Positions 35,999 to 46,336 of a DNA stretch of 64,000 nucleotides are shown piece by piece. How positions within the stretch are numbered: the stretch's first letter is position 1; every line of letters begins with the position of its first letter. Position numbers and translations under genes: made by a program. The DNA comes from Alphaproteobacteria bacterium (GTDB lineage Bacteria > Pseudomonadota > Alphaproteobacteria > GCA-2731375), in the NCBI GenBank assembly GCA_016776605.1, contig JADHTB010000002.1, forward strand, positions 130,842-194,841, in the 5' to 3' direction. The notes below the pieces were generated by a model. It saw only the letters and a list, made by a program, of their open reading frames with translations. It was not told the DNA's origin and did not search any database.

Positions 35999-37621
35999 AT
36001 GCCCAAGATTGCTTCTAAAATCGATCCCAACGACCCTTCCTTTCAGGAGAATCGTGCTGATTTTCTGACCCAGATTGCCGGTCTGCGCGATCTGGAGGGC
36101 AAGGTACGGGCGCGTTCTGAAAAGAGCCGGGATCGGTTCGAGGGGCGGGGGCAGTTGCTGCCGCGTGATCGGCTGAATTTGTTGCTGGATCGGGGTGCGC
36201 CCTGGCTGGAGCTTTCCACCCTGGCCGGGTTCGAGACTTATGACGACGATGGCGATGAAAATATCTCCGGCGCCAGATTGATTACCGGCATCGGCGTGGT
36301 ATCGGGTGTGCGCTGTGTGGTGATCGTGGACGATTCCGGCATCCTGGCCGGCGCCCTGCACACCCATGGCGTGGACAAGATGATCCGCGCTTTTGACATC
36401 GCCTTGGAAAACAAGCTGCCGGCGATCCATCTGGTGCAATCCGCCGGCGCGGATTTACTCGATTACGTGCCCGCCACGTTAATTCGCGGTGGCGGCCTGT
36501 TTTATAAACAGGCCAAGTTATCGGCGGCGGGCTGCCCGGTCATCTCCGTTGTACATGGCGCCTCCACCGCCGGAGGGGCCTATATGCCCGGCATGTCGGA
36601 TTATGTGGTCATGGTGCGCAAGCAGGCCATGGCCTTTCTGGCCGGTCCGCCCCTGTTGCGCGCCGCCACGGGCGAAATAGCCGCGGCGGAAGATCTGGGC
36701 GGCACCGATATGCACGCCACTATTTCGGGCCTGACCGAATATGTGGCCGAGGATGATGCCGAGGCGGTGAGTATTTGCCGGGATATCGTCTCGCGCCTGA
36801 ACTGGCCCGCCCGTCTGGCGCCCGCGCGCCCGCGCACCTGGGAGGAACCGGCCTACGACATCGACGAGTTGTGCGGCATCGTGCCGGTGGAATATCAAAA
36901 ACCCTATGACGTGCGCGAGGTTATCGCGCGGCTGGTGGATGGCTCCGACTTCCTGGAATTCAAGGCTGATTACGACCTCCAGACGATCTGTGGCCAAGCC
37001 TCCGTCATGGGGATGCCTTGCGGTCTGATTGGCAACAACGGCCCCATTACGCCCCAGGGCGCCACCAAGGCCTCGCAATTCATGCAGTTATGCGATCAAT
37101 CGGGCACGCCGCTGATCTATTTGCACAATACTACCGGTTTCATCGTCGGACGGGAGCCCGAGGAAATGGGCATGATCAAGCATGGCGCCAAGATGATCCA
37201 GGCGGTCTCCAACGTCTCGGTGCCGCGTATCACCCTGATGATCGGGGCCTCGTTCGGGGCCGGCCATTACGCCATGTCGGGTTGGTCCTACGAGCCGCGC
37301 TTCATTCTCGCATGGCCCAATTTTCAATGCGGCGTGATGGGCGGCAAACAGGCCGGTCTGGTCATGCGTATTGTGCACGAGGCCAAGGCCAAGCGTCAGG
37401 GCACCCCCCTGGATGAAGCGGAACTGGATGCCTTGCAGGCCAAGGTTATCGCCCTCTATGACAGCAATGCCTCGGGTTATTATCATACCGCGCGGATGTG
37501 GAACGACGGCATGATTGATCCCCGCGACAGCCGCGTGGCACTTGCTTTGTTGTTGTCGGTCTGTGACGAGGCCGAACGGCGCAGCCTGAATCCGAACAGT
37601 TTTGGCGTCGCGCGATTCTAA
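35999..37621 (+). CDS. Acyl-CoA carboxylase carboxyltransferase (beta) subunit (methylcrotonoyl/geranyl/propionyl-CoA carboxylase beta-like), no alpha subunit nearby
   Basis: 540 aa with both CoA-carboxyltransferase N- and C-halves (…GARLITGIGVVSG…; …ASFGAGHYAM…). Start refined to ATG 35999. Confidence 0.85.
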   Translation: MPKIASKIDPNDPSFQENRADFLTQIAGLRDLEGKVRARSEKSRDRFEGRGQLLPRDRLNLLLDRGAPWLELSTLAGFETYDDDGDENISGARLITGIGVVSGVRCVVIVDDSGILAGALHTHGVDKMIRAFDIALENKLPAIHLVQSAGADLLDYVPATLIRGGGLFYKQAKLSAAGCPVISVVHGASTAGGAYMPGMSDYVVMVRKQAMAFLAGPPLLRAATGEIAAAEDLGGTDMHATISGLTEYVAEDDAEAVSICRDIVSRLNWPARLAPARPRTWEEPAYDIDELCGIVPVEYQKPYDVREVIARLVDGSDFLEFKADYDLQTICGQASVMGMPCGLIGNNGPITPQGATKASQFMQLCDQSGTPLIYLHNTTGFIVGREPEEMGMIKHGAKMIQAVSNVSVPRITLMIGASFGAGHYAMSGWSYEPRFILAWPNFQCGVMGGKQAGLVMRIVHEAKAKRQGTPLDEAELDALQAKVIALYDSNASGYYHTARMWNDGMIDPRDSRVALALLLSVCDEAERRSLNPNSFGVARF

Positions 37622-37632
37622 GGAAATAGGCC

Positions 37633-38604
37633 GTGGACCGGGATACAAAAATTATTAAAAGCAATGGGTTAAACCATCGTGTTGCCATATCAGGTGAAGG
37701 TCCGTTGGTGTTGTTGATCCATGGCTGGCCGGAATCTTGGTATTCCTGGCGGCATCAGATCGCGGCCCTTGCCGCTGCCGGCTACCGGGTCGCGGCGCCT
37801 GATGTGCGGGGCTATGGCGGTTCTGACAAACCCCAGGCAATCGAAGCCTATGATATGGCCTCCATCACCGCCGACATGGCCGGGTTGATTACCGCGTTAG
37901 GCGCGGAGCAGGCCGTGGTGATTGGCCATGATTGGGGCGCACCCATCGCCTGGAACACGGCCCTGCTGCACCCTGGGCGGGTGCGCGCGGTGGCGGGGTT
38001 GAGCGTGCCCTATACCGGCCCCGGCCCGGCGCCGTTCATTGATGTGGTCAGGCAACTGTACAAGGACAAGTTCTTTTATCAGATCTATTTCCAGGAACCG
38101 GGTGTGGCCGAGGCGGAGTTGGAGGCGGACGTACGGCGCAGCCTGCGCAAGATCTATTACTGGATTTCGGGCGAGGGCCTTCAGGCCGCGCCGCCGCGCA
38201 GCAAGCCGGCCAATGCAAAATTGCTGGATGGTATGAGCGACCCGGTTGAAATGCCCGCCTGGATGAGCCCCGAAGATCTGGACTATTACGTTTCCCAGTT
38301 CGAGGGCAGCGGCTTTCGCGGGCCACTTAACCGGTACCGCAACTGGCACCGGGATTTTGCCCTGTTATCGCCCCTGGGGGAGCGGAAAATCAGCCAACCG
38401 GCGGCCTTTATCGCAGGTACACTGGAGCCAGTGCTGAATTTTGTACCCGGCGTTGATCTGGTCGCCATCATGCGGGAAAAAATGGCCGATTTGCGCCTGG
38501 TGGAGATGATTGAGGGCGCCGGCCATTGGGTGCAACAGGAGCGCCCCGAGCAGGTCAATCAGGCTCTTTTACGGTTCCTGGGCCAGATTGATGAAATGCT
38601 CTAG
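37633..38604 (+). CDS. Alpha/beta hydrolase (epoxide hydrolase-like)
   Basis: HGWPESWYSWRHQ (the HGxP oxyanion motif) and the GHDWGA nucleophile elbow. GTG start 5 nt after AGGAAA. Confidence 0.8.
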   Translation: MDRDTKIIKSNGLNHRVAISGEGPLVLLIHGWPESWYSWRHQIAALAAAGYRVAAPDVRGYGGSDKPQAIEAYDMASITADMAGLITALGAEQAVVIGHDWGAPIAWNTALLHPGRVRAVAGLSVPYTGPGPAPFIDVVRQLYKDKFFYQIYFQEPGVAEAELEADVRRSLRKIYYWISGEGLQAAPPRSKPANAKLLDGMSDPVEMPAWMSPEDLDYYVSQFEGSGFRGPLNRYRNWHRDFALLSPLGERKISQPAAFIAGTLEPVLNFVPGVDLVAIMREKMADLRLVEMIEGAGHWVQQERPEQVNQALLRFLGQIDEML

Positions 38605-38605
38605 A

Positions 38606-39910
38606 TCAATCGGCGTTCTGTGAAGGCATCGTCGTTTTGATATGCATGTCGCGTTGCGGGAACGGAATTTCGATATTCTGTTCCTGAAATTTATCCCAAA
38701 TTTTCAGGAGAATGGCGCTTTTAACGTTCGCGAGGCCGTTCATGGGGTCGTCTATCCAAAATCGAAGTTCCAGATCCACGGAACTATCGCCAAAGCCCTT
38801 TATCAAGACGGCGGCGGGTGGTTGCGCCAACACCCGGTCGACCTCGTTGGCCGCATCGTGCATCAGCTGCATGGCTTTTCGGACGTCGGCGCTATAGGAC
38901 ACGCCCACGGGCAATCTTAAGCGTACTTCGTTGCTGCTGTAGGACCAATTGGAAACCCGCTGACTAATCAATTCTTCGTTCGGGATCAAATGTTCCACGC
39001 CATCCCGTGTGATGACCGAAGCATACCGCCCGCCTAGGGACTTTACCTGGCCGTAGGTGCCGCCCGCCTCGATCACATCACCAGGCTTGACCGATTTGTC
39101 CAGCAGGATCAGGACGCCGCTGATCAGATTGGCGACCGATTTTTGCAAACCCAGCCCAATACCCACGCCGAGCGCGCCGCCGAAGACGGCAAAGGCGGTC
39201 AAATCGATGCCCACGGAACTGATAGCGACGACCACAGCCACCGTCACCAGAACGATCTTCACCAATTTCGTCAACAGAACCCGCACCGATGGCGTCAGGT
39301 TCGTCAGCGAGGATATTCGTTGCTCAGTTACCCGCGCCATCAGCATCGCGGCCCAGACCAGTACGCCCAGGGCGATCACCCCCTTGATCACCGTCAGCAC
39401 CGAGATGCGGAGTTGCCCCATATGCAGTGCCAGGTCGTCCAACAGCATAATCGTCGGGTCCAAAAGCCCCAGAATATTGAGGGCGGCAACGGTCCAGGCG
39501 GTGATGGAAACCGCCTTGGCAATGGCCGGTTCGCGGATCAGCGAGGCGGCCAGCCGGATCACGATCCAGGCCGTCAACAGGCTTACCGTGATCGTCAGCA
39601 GGTGGCGGGGCCAATCGGCCTGCTCGGCGACAACCCCTGAAATCCATTGCAGGCATAACCAGATTATCGGCAAGGCCAGGCCCGAGACGGTATCGCCGGT
39701 CCTGGCAAGCCAGTCATCGTCGCCCCGCCGACGGGACAGCCAACTCACGCCCCGGCGGAATGGCGGCGCCATGAACAGCGCCAGAACAAAGGCGGCCGCG
39801 ACCACGGCCAGCTGCTCGGCGTTGCCGATATTCAGGGCATGCTCTTTAATCGACATCTGAATAACCTGCCAAATCTGATGCAGGTCGGCGGTGTCCACAA
39901 ATCTGTCCAT
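38606..39910 (-). CDS. Mechanosensitive ion channel (MscS family) protein
   Basis: 434 aa; N-terminal TM helices and the conserved MscS beta-domain (…PGDVIEAGGTYGQVKSLGGRYASVITRDGVEHLIPNEELISQRVSNWS). Confidence 0.85.
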   Translation of the reverse strand: MDRFVDTADLHQIWQVIQMSIKEHALNIGNAEQLAVVAAAFVLALFMAPPFRRGVSWLSRRRGDDDWLARTGDTVSGLALPIIWLCLQWISGVVAEQADWPRHLLTITVSLLTAWIVIRLAASLIREPAIAKAVSITAWTVAALNILGLLDPTIMLLDDLALHMGQLRISVLTVIKGVIALGVLVWAAMLMARVTEQRISSLTNLTPSVRVLLTKLVKIVLVTVAVVVAISSVGIDLTAFAVFGGALGVGIGLGLQKSVANLISGVLILLDKSVKPGDVIEAGGTYGQVKSLGGRYASVITRDGVEHLIPNEELISQRVSNWSYSSNEVRLRLPVGVSYSADVRKAMQLMHDAANEVDRVLAQPPAAVLIKGFGDSSVDLELRFWIDDPMNGLANVKSAILLKIWDKFQEQNIEIPFPQRDMHIKTTMPSQNAD

Positions 39911-40191
39911 GCGCTGCTCTCCGCCAGAGCCAATTCGAAGGATATCGAATTAGCGCCGGGTCTTTATCGTTCACGGCCGTGCGCGAATGCGCCCGGCTCC
40001 ACGGGGGCGGCCGGGGTTGCCTCGTTCAATATCTAAAATTGTTTAGCCCCTCAGGAGCCTATTTCGTTGCGGCCCTATGTTCAACGACCGAGGCTGCGAT
40101 GTATCCTATATTAAATGTTTCCGTAGCCCTGACGGACGCAGTTAATCGTTTCGGGGCTAATTGTTTCGAGACGTTAGAGAAAGGCAGCAAG

Positions 40192-40938
40192 ATGGCATTG
40201 CAGGATTATCAAACCGCGCTGGTTACCGGCGCCTCCAGTGGCATCGGGGCCGCGACGGTGGGAATGTTGGCGGCGCGCGGCCTGACCGTGCATGCGGTGG
40301 CGCGGCGGCGGGAGCGGTTGGAGGCGCTGACGAAGCTGGGCGATGTCACGCCGCATGGGTTGGATCTGCGCGACCGGGCGGCGATCTACCAGGTTTTGGG
40401 CGCCCTGGATATCGATATCCTGGTGAACTGCGCCGGTATCGGCAGCCGGTTCGATCCGTTTCACGAACTGGATCCAGACAACATTGACGCGACCCTGGAA
40501 ACCAACATCGGCGGTACCGTGCATGCGGCCCGCGCGGTGGCGCCGGGCATGGTGGCGCGGGGGCGGGGGCATATCGTCAATATCGGCTCTATCTTTGGCC
40601 TGCATGCCATCGGCTCCGCCGTTTATGGCGCCTCGAAAGCGGCGGTGCATGTGTTAAGCCAGGATTTGCGCCACGACCTCAAGGGCACGGGCATCCGCGT
40701 CACGGAAGTCTCGCCGGGACGCACGGATACGGAAATCTTCGCCACCATGACCGATGATAAAAATGTGCAAACCGGCATGGCCGAGGGCTTCGAGATCATC
40801 ACGGCGGACGATGTGGCCCAGGCCGTGGTTTGGGCCCTGGATCAGCCCTGGCGCGTCAACATCAGCCTGATCGAGTTGACCGCCACGGAACAGATACCCG
40901 GCGGCGTCGGCATCCACCCGGTCCCAGGCCGGAAATAG
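40192..40938 (+). CDS. SDR-family oxidoreductase
   Basis: TGASSGIG (TGxxxGxG) motif, NCAG and the YGASK catalytic YxxxK. Start refined to ATG 40192. Confidence 0.85.
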   Translation: MALQDYQTALVTGASSGIGAATVGMLAARGLTVHAVARRRERLEALTKLGDVTPHGLDLRDRAAIYQVLGALDIDILVNCAGIGSRFDPFHELDPDNIDATLETNIGGTVHAARAVAPGMVARGRGHIVNIGSIFGLHAIGSAVYGASKAAVHVLSQDLRHDLKGTGIRVTEVSPGRTDTEIFATMTDDKNVQTGMAEGFEIITADDVAQAVVWALDQPWRVNISLIELTATEQIPGGVGIHPVPGRK

Positions 40939-40974
40939 GGGCGGAAATAGGGGCGAAGATTGGGGCAATACGGG

Positions 40975-41508
40975 TTATCGGCCGGCCGCCGTGTCCTCTT
41001 CGCGCAAGGTGATGTCCACCATCATGGCCCCGGCCAGGGCTTCCAGGGCATCGCGCAGGCTGTTCTCGCTCAGGCCGGGCGGTACGCGCACCTTGGCCTG
41101 GGTTTCGAACAACATATCGCCGCCCATGGGTGCGTGGCGGATACTGGTCTCCATCTCCTCGACACTGACGCCATGTTCCGACAGGCAGCGCGAGACATCA
41201 TGCACGATACCCGGTTGATCGGGCCCCAGCAGTTCAAGACTGTATAGCGGCCCCGCACTTGCCGCATCAGCCGCGGCTTCCTCCATGGTCAGGGTAAATC
41301 CCGCCGCCTCCAGCGCCGCCAACGCGGCTTTTAAGGTGCTAACTTTCTCGTCGGCGATTTCCACCCTGGCGATGCCCGCGAATTTTTCCGCCAGCCGCGC
41401 CATGCGGCTTTCCAGCCAGTTGCCGCCCGCCGCGCTGACCGCCTCCGACAATTGCTCGACCAGCCCCGGCCGATCCTGCGCAATGAAGGTCAATACCAGC
41501 GTTTTCAT
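40975..41508 (-). CDS. gcvR: Glycine cleavage system regulatory protein GcvR-like (tandem ACT domains)
   Basis: 177 aa with two ACT-like halves (QDRPGLVEQLSEAV… / GPDQPGIVHDVSRCL…). Confidence 0.6.
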   Translation of the reverse strand: MKTLVLTFIAQDRPGLVEQLSEAVSAAGGNWLESRMARLAEKFAGIARVEIADEKVSTLKAALAALEAAGFTLTMEEAAADAASAGPLYSLELLGPDQPGIVHDVSRCLSEHGVSVEEMETSIRHAPMGGDMLFETQAKVRVPPGLSENSLRDALEALAGAMMVDITLREEDTAAGR

Positions 41509-41524
41509 GCTTCACCCATGCCGA

Positions 41525-41746
41525 CTATCCCTCCGGGTCCAGGTCGAGGTCGTCGCGCTGTCTTTGATCCAACATCAGGACCATCAGCGCCAACGAAGCC
41601 ATGTCCACATTCGACCAGCCGGCGGTGACGCTACCATCTTTCCACAGCACGGACAGCGCGACAGCTTGAATTTCGCCAATATTCTCCAGCCCGCTCTGAA
41701 ATATCTCCGCCGGCGTGGTGCCGTGCAGGCTCTCAACCTTCGCCAT
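41525..41746 (-). CDS. Small hypothetical protein (73 aa)
   Basis: Internal ATG with a GGGGAGAGAG RBS. The longer ORF to 41836 has no RBS. Confidence 0.35.
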   Translation of the reverse strand: MAKVESLHGTTPAEIFQSGLENIGEIQAVALSVLWKDGSVTAGWSNVDMASLALMVLMLDQRQRDDLDLDPEG

Positions 41747-41845
41747 TGCTCTCTCCCCGTCCAATTGTCGCGTGATTTTGATATGGGGCACCAGGGCAGG
41801 GATTAACACCGCCGAGCGCCCATTTACAATCGGCAAACCCTGTTA

Positions 41846-42628
41846 TCATTTCTGGAACTTCGGCGCGGTGGCGCTGTCGCCGCCGTCCACGGCGATGCGT
41901 TGGCCGTTGACGTAGCTGTTCAGGTCCGAGACCAGGTAGCGTACCGCGTTGGCGATGTCGTCGGGCTGGCAGACGTGGCCGAAAGGCATATGGGCGTCCA
42001 GCTCGCGCAGGTCCTCGATGCCCGAGCGGGCCTTGACCAGACGGCGGCCCATGTCGGTCTCGACCAGGGGCGGGGCGACGATATTGGTGCGGATATTGTG
42101 GCGTTGTTCCTCCTTGGCCAAGGTCCAGGCCAGGGCCTCCATGGCCGCCTTGCCCATGCTGTAGGGGCTGCCGAAGGCGGCATGGGAGTCCGTCGCGACC
42201 GAGGAAATCATCACAATGTCACCGCGGCTCAGTTGGCGCATCATGGGCAGCACCAGTTTGGACAGATAATAGGGGCCAAAGGCGTGTACGCGGACCACCC
42301 GCTCCATCTCGGCCGGGTCGGTATCGGCCACCGATTGGCCCCGGCTGGCAATGCCCGCGTTGTTGACCAGAATGCCGATCTGGCCCATTTCGGTGCCGAT
42401 TTCGGCTACCATTGCCGTGACTTCGTCCAGACTATCAACAGAGGCCTTGTAGGCGACCGCCTTGCGGCCCAGGGCCTGGATTTCCGCAACCACCGCCGCC
42501 GCCGACCCATCGTCGCGGCGGTAATTGACGGCGATATCGGCGCCATCCTTGGCCAGGGCCACGGCAATGGCGCGGCCGATGCCACGGCCGGCGCCGGTTA
42601 CCAGGGCGATACGTCCATCCAATGACAT
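41846..42628 (-). CDS. SDR-family oxidoreductase (3-oxoacyl-ACP reductase-like)
   Basis: TGAGRGIG, NNAG and YSMGKAA motifs; 260 aa. Confidence 0.85.
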   Translation of the reverse strand: MSLDGRIALVTGAGRGIGRAIAVALAKDGADIAVNYRRDDGSAAAVVAEIQALGRKAVAYKASVDSLDEVTAMVAEIGTEMGQIGILVNNAGIASRGQSVADTDPAEMERVVRVHAFGPYYLSKLVLPMMRQLSRGDIVMISSVATDSHAAFGSPYSMGKAAMEALAWTLAKEEQRHNIRTNIVAPPLVETDMGRRLVKARSGIEDLRELDAHMPFGHVCQPDDIANAVRYLVSDLNSYVNGQRIAVDGGDSATAPKFQK

Positions 42629-42637
42629 GTTGGTCTC

Positions 42638-44224
42638 CTAAATCGGCGAAATGGGCCTGATACGCGGCGGGTTCTTATCGGGACGGCGGGCTGGGCAGCG
42701 GTCGAAGGTATCGCAGAGGATCTGCCGGGTCTGGCGGGGGTCGATCACCTCGTCAATGCCAAAGGCTTCCGCCGCGCGGCGGGCGCCCAACTGGCTTTTG
42801 AAAATATCGATAATCTCCTGCCGCCGGGCGGCGGGGTCCGTTGCCGCCTCGTAGTCCCGGCGATAGACTACATCGACCGAGCCTTCCACGGACATGGCGC
42901 AGATTTCCGCCGTTGGCCAGGCAAAGGCGCCATCGGCCTCGAAACCACGACCGCCACCCATGGCGTAATAGCCGCCGCCATAGCCCTTGCGCAGGACGAT
43001 GGAGACGCGGGGCACGCTGGCCTGGCCCAGTTCGAACAGCAGCCGGCCGGAACGCCGGCCCAGGCCGGATTTCTCGGCTTCCGAGCCGATGGCGAAGCCG
43101 GGCACATCAATCAGGATGACGATGGGCAGGCCGTAGGCATCGCAGAGTGCAATGAAATGCGCGGCTTTCTCGCATGCCTTTACATCCAGCATGCCGGCCA
43201 GATGGCGGGGCTGATTGGCGACAAAGCCCACGGGGCGGCCGTTCAGGCGGGCGAAAGACGTCACCATGTTGCGGGCATAGGTGGGCTTTTTCTCGAACAC
43301 GCTGCCTTTGTCGGCGACCAGCTCGATGATCCGGCGCACGTCATAGGCCTTGCGCGGGCTTTCCGGAATGATCTCCAACAATTCCTGCTCGGTCCGGTCG
43401 ACCGGATCGTCGGTTGGCAGCAGGGGCGGCGGCTGTTGGGCGTTGGCGGGCAGGTAGGAGAGAAAACGGCGCACCGCGGCAAAGGCCTGATCCTCATCAT
43501 CCACGGCCAGGTCGGAGATGCCATGGCGGTCGGTTTGTATGCTGGCGCCGCCCAGGGCCTCCTTGTCGATATCCTCGCCCAGACCTGCCTTGACCAGGGC
43601 CGGGCCGGCCATGCCCATGGTGGAGCCGCCGCGCACCATGACCACGAAATCGGCCAGGGCGGCATAATTGGTCGGTCCGGCAAAGCCCTGGCCCAGCATG
43701 GCCATGGCCATGGGCACCCAGCCGGAATTCCGCGCCAGCAGTTGAAAGACCGGGCCGGCGCCCGCGAAATGGCGGGAATCCTGGCCGTCCTGAATGCGGT
43801 GACCACCGCCTTCCAACAGCGCCACCAGGGGCAGGCCATGTTCGGTGGCCCGAAGAATGGCGCGGTTGGTCTTGGAGGAGCCGTGCTTGCCCGTACTGCC
43901 CCCCAACACCGTGTAATCATGCGACATGATGGAGACGGGCCGGCCGTCGAGCAGGCCGCTGCCGGTGACCACGCCGTCCGCGGGCGCTACCAGATCAGCG
44001 TTGAAGCCGGTATCGCGCAGGGGTTCAACCAGGCTGCCCATTTCGCGGAAGCTGTCCGTATCGCAGATCCGCGCGATGCGCTCCCGCGCCGTGTATTTAC
44101 CGTGCTTGTGCTGCCGGGCCACCGCATCCGGGCGGCCCTCGTCCAAAATGGCCCGGCGCGCGTCCTCGATTATGCGCAGCTTTGCCTGTCCGCTTTCCCC
44201 GCCGTCCGCCTCATCGGTGCTCAT
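42638..44224 (-). CDS. Acyl-CoA carboxylase carboxyltransferase (beta) subunit / GcdA-like carboxyltransferase, no alpha subunit nearby
   Basis: 528 aa with two carboxyltransferase halves. Start set at ATG 44224, 2 nt after the CoA-transferase stop. The 118-codon upstream extension of the ORF overlaps the CoA-transferase gene and is rejected. Confidence 0.8.
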   Translation of the reverse strand: MSTDEADGGESGQAKLRIIEDARRAILDEGRPDAVARQHKHGKYTARERIARICDTDSFREMGSLVEPLRDTGFNADLVAPADGVVTGSGLLDGRPVSIMSHDYTVLGGSTGKHGSSKTNRAILRATEHGLPLVALLEGGGHRIQDGQDSRHFAGAGPVFQLLARNSGWVPMAMAMLGQGFAGPTNYAALADFVVMVRGGSTMGMAGPALVKAGLGEDIDKEALGGASIQTDRHGISDLAVDDEDQAFAAVRRFLSYLPANAQQPPPLLPTDDPVDRTEQELLEIIPESPRKAYDVRRIIELVADKGSVFEKKPTYARNMVTSFARLNGRPVGFVANQPRHLAGMLDVKACEKAAHFIALCDAYGLPIVILIDVPGFAIGSEAEKSGLGRRSGRLLFELGQASVPRVSIVLRKGYGGGYYAMGGGRGFEADGAFAWPTAEICAMSVEGSVDVVYRRDYEAATDPAARRQEIIDIFKSQLGARRAAEAFGIDEVIDPRQTRQILCDTFDRCPARRPDKNPPRIRPISPI

Positions 44225-44226
44225 GG

Positions 44227-45393
44227 CTATTCCTGATAAGGCTCCGTCTGTACGACGGCGCCGGAGGCCAGCAGGGTCGCGATCTCGTCTTCCGAGAAGC
44301 CCCATTCGGCCAGGCCTTCCGTGGTGTTCTGGCCCAGGACAGGCGCCGGGCCGCCGGCCTTCGCCTGGGTGCGGGAGAATTTCGGCGCCGGCCCCGGCTG
44401 GGTCACGCCGGCAATTTCCACGAAGCTGTCGCGGGCGACGTTTTGCGGATGGCTGGGGGCTTCGCTCATGGACAGCACCGGGGCGAAACAGATGTCGGAG
44501 CCTTCCATGATCTGGCACCATTCCGCACGGCTTTTGGTTTTGAAGACCGCGCGGTAGGTTTCGATCACAGCGGGCCAACTGTCCCGGTCCATTTGCGGCG
44601 GCAGGTCCATTTTGTCCATGCCGGTTTTTTCCAGCAGTTCAGCATAGAATTTCGGCTCGATCGAGCCAATGGAGACCCAATTGCCGTCGGCGCATTCGTA
44701 GGTGCCATAGAACGGCGCGCCGGTATCCAGGATGTTGGTGCCGCGTTCGTCCGACCAAAAGCCCGAGCCATGCATGCCATAGATCGGCAGCATCAGATAG
44801 GCGGAGCCTTCCAGCATGGAGGTATCCACCACCTGACCCTTGCCCGAGCGTTGCGACTCCCACAACGCGGCCATTACGCCGAAGGCCAGGAACATGGCGC
44901 CACCGCCGAAATCACCGGTCAAATTCAATGGCGGAATCGGTCCGCTGTCCTTGTTGCCTACGGAATAGAGCACGCCGGATAGGGCGATATAGTTGATATC
45001 GTGGCCAGCGGCGTGGCTGATTGGGCCATCCTGACCCCAACCCGTCATGCGGCCATAGACCAGTTTTTCGTTGCGGGCCAGACAGATATCCGGGCCCAGG
45101 CCCAGACGTTCGGCCACGCCGGGGCGGAACCCTTCGACCAGGGCATCGGCGCTTTCCACCAGACGCAGGACGGCTTCGACGCCGTCGGGGTTTTTCAGAT
45201 CGACGGAAATGGATTTGCGGCCCCGGCCCAATACATCGAAGGCTGGATTCTTGCCCGAAATACCTAGACCAGACGGCGCCGTGCGGTCCACCCGGATAAC
45301 CTGCGCGCCCATATCCGCAAGCAAGGTGGAGCAAAACGGTACCGGCCCAATGCCGGCCAATTCAACGATCTTCATTCCCGCCAACGGTCCCAT
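44227..45393 (-). CDS. CaiB/BaiF-family (class III) CoA-transferase
   Basis: N-terminus [35 protein letters not shown] and the catalytic Asp region (…GxD…). About 389 aa. AAGGGAGAGA RBS before ATG 45393. Confidence 0.85.
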   Translation of the reverse strand: MGPLAGMKIVELAGIGPVPFCSTLLADMGAQVIRVDRTAPSGLGISGKNPAFDVLGRGRKSISVDLKNPDGVEAVLRLVESADALVEGFRPGVAERLGLGPDICLARNEKLVYGRMTGWGQDGPISHAAGHDINYIALSGVLYSVGNKDSGPIPPLNLTGDFGGGAMFLAFGVMAALWESQRSGKGQVVDTSMLEGSAYLMLPIYGMHGSGFWSDERGTNILDTGAPFYGTYECADGNWVSIGSIEPKFYAELLEKTGMDKMDLPPQMDRDSWPAVIETYRAVFKTKSRAEWCQIMEGSDICFAPVLSMSEAPSHPQNVARDSFVEIAGVTQPGPAPKFSRTQAKAGGPAPVLGQNTTEGLAEWGFSEDEIATLLASGAVVQTEPYQE

Positions 45394-45473
45394 GACGTCT
45401 CTCCCTTTATCTGTTACCCGATGTACCTGTTCGGATGACAATAGCGGAAGCGGACGGCGCGGCAAATCCCCCT

Positions 45474-45575
45474 GAGCGCATTCGAAGAAAATGCGCTCAG
45501 ACTCTTAAAAATAGAGAAATTGAACCAATCACTTAAGTCGCAAGAGCGACTCCAATTAATTGAAAATTGCTCTAG
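45474..45575. repeat. Palindromic MITE/REP-like element, copy 3 (promoter region of the CoA-transferase operon)
   Basis: About 90 % identical to copy 2 (GAGCGCATTCGAAGAAAATGCGCTC…AGAGAAATTGAACCAATCACTTAAGTCGC…AAAATTGCTCTAG). Confidence 0.8.
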
Positions 45576-45602
45576 TAGATTGTTGGGGACACTTGGGGTG
45601 CC

Positions 45603-46154
45603 TTACCGGCCCTTCGTGCCGATGCGCCGTGGCGGGGCGCCGTTTAGGTCTTTCAGCAAATAGGCGGGTGCTGCCACGTCATGATTGCAGCGCCGCAGCA
45701 CCCTGACCATGGCCCAGGCGCATGGCCGCATGGCGGCGGGCGTCAGCGCCAGCAAGGCGCGGTCCAGCCGACCGGGGAAACCGCCCCTGTCCAACGATGG
45801 CTCCGGCCCCAGAAAAATAACCAGATGATGGCCCGGTGCCGGGACGCGCAACATGGCGCAAGGGCCGGCGGCCTGCTCCAACAGGGGCAGGATCGTATGG
45901 TTTGGCAGACCGCCAAATTCGACCAGATACAGCGTCAATGAAATCTTCACCGCGCCCAGACGGAGAAGCAGCGCCTGCAATTCATCCAGTAGCTGGCCGT
46001 CCATGCCGACAGCCGAATTTGTTGCACTGATCGCGCCGGCGTCTTGCCGGATCATTTGCGGGCGGGGTTGGTCCATCTGTCCGCCATCCAATGGGTTCCC
46101 AACGGGGTTGCCTGGGTAACGGTGCCGACTGTGGTGATGCCTGATCTGTTTCAA
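45603..46154 (-). CDS. Hypothetical protein (uncertain gene call in a very GC-rich stretch)
   Basis: 183-aa ORF. Its central part (…LLDELQALLLRLGAVKISLTLYLVEFGG…HHLVIFLG…) looks protein-like. No family recognised. Confidence 0.3.
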   Translation of the reverse strand: MKQIRHHHSRHRYPGNPVGNPLDGGQMDQPRPQMIRQDAGAISATNSAVGMDGQLLDELQALLLRLGAVKISLTLYLVEFGGLPNHTILPLLEQAAGPCAMLRVPAPGHHLVIFLGPEPSLDRGGFPGRLDRALLALTPAAMRPCAWAMVRVLRRCNHDVAAPAYLLKDLNGAPPRRIGTKGR

Positions 46155-46336
46155 AATTTGCCCTCGGTAATTTCATCGGCGCAGGATCTATTAGGCCGGA
46201 CAAACAGAGGCATTGGGTGGGCAATATTGTGACAATTTCAGGGCATGTTTTGCCCCGGTTAGGATGCAAAAAATAGCCAACGATCTTATATAACGAGTAG
46301 GCGTAATTTGCATGACGCAGGTAAGAGGAGGCTCGT

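Noticed and set aside
39057-39860. 267-aa plus-strand ORF
   Set aside because: Antisense to the MscS-family channel gene. It is a Ser/Thr/Ala/Arg-rich shadow ORF.
43157-44236. 359-aa plus-strand ORF
   Set aside because: Antisense to the carboxyltransferase gene. Its composition is low-complexity (G/A/R/H rich) with no RBS.
42638-44578. 646-aa version of the carboxyltransferase ORF
   Set aside because: The 118-codon N-terminal extension is Arg/Pro/Gly-rich and overlaps the upstream CoA-transferase gene. Homology to carboxyltransferases begins at the Met at 44224, 2 nt after the CoA-transferase stop.
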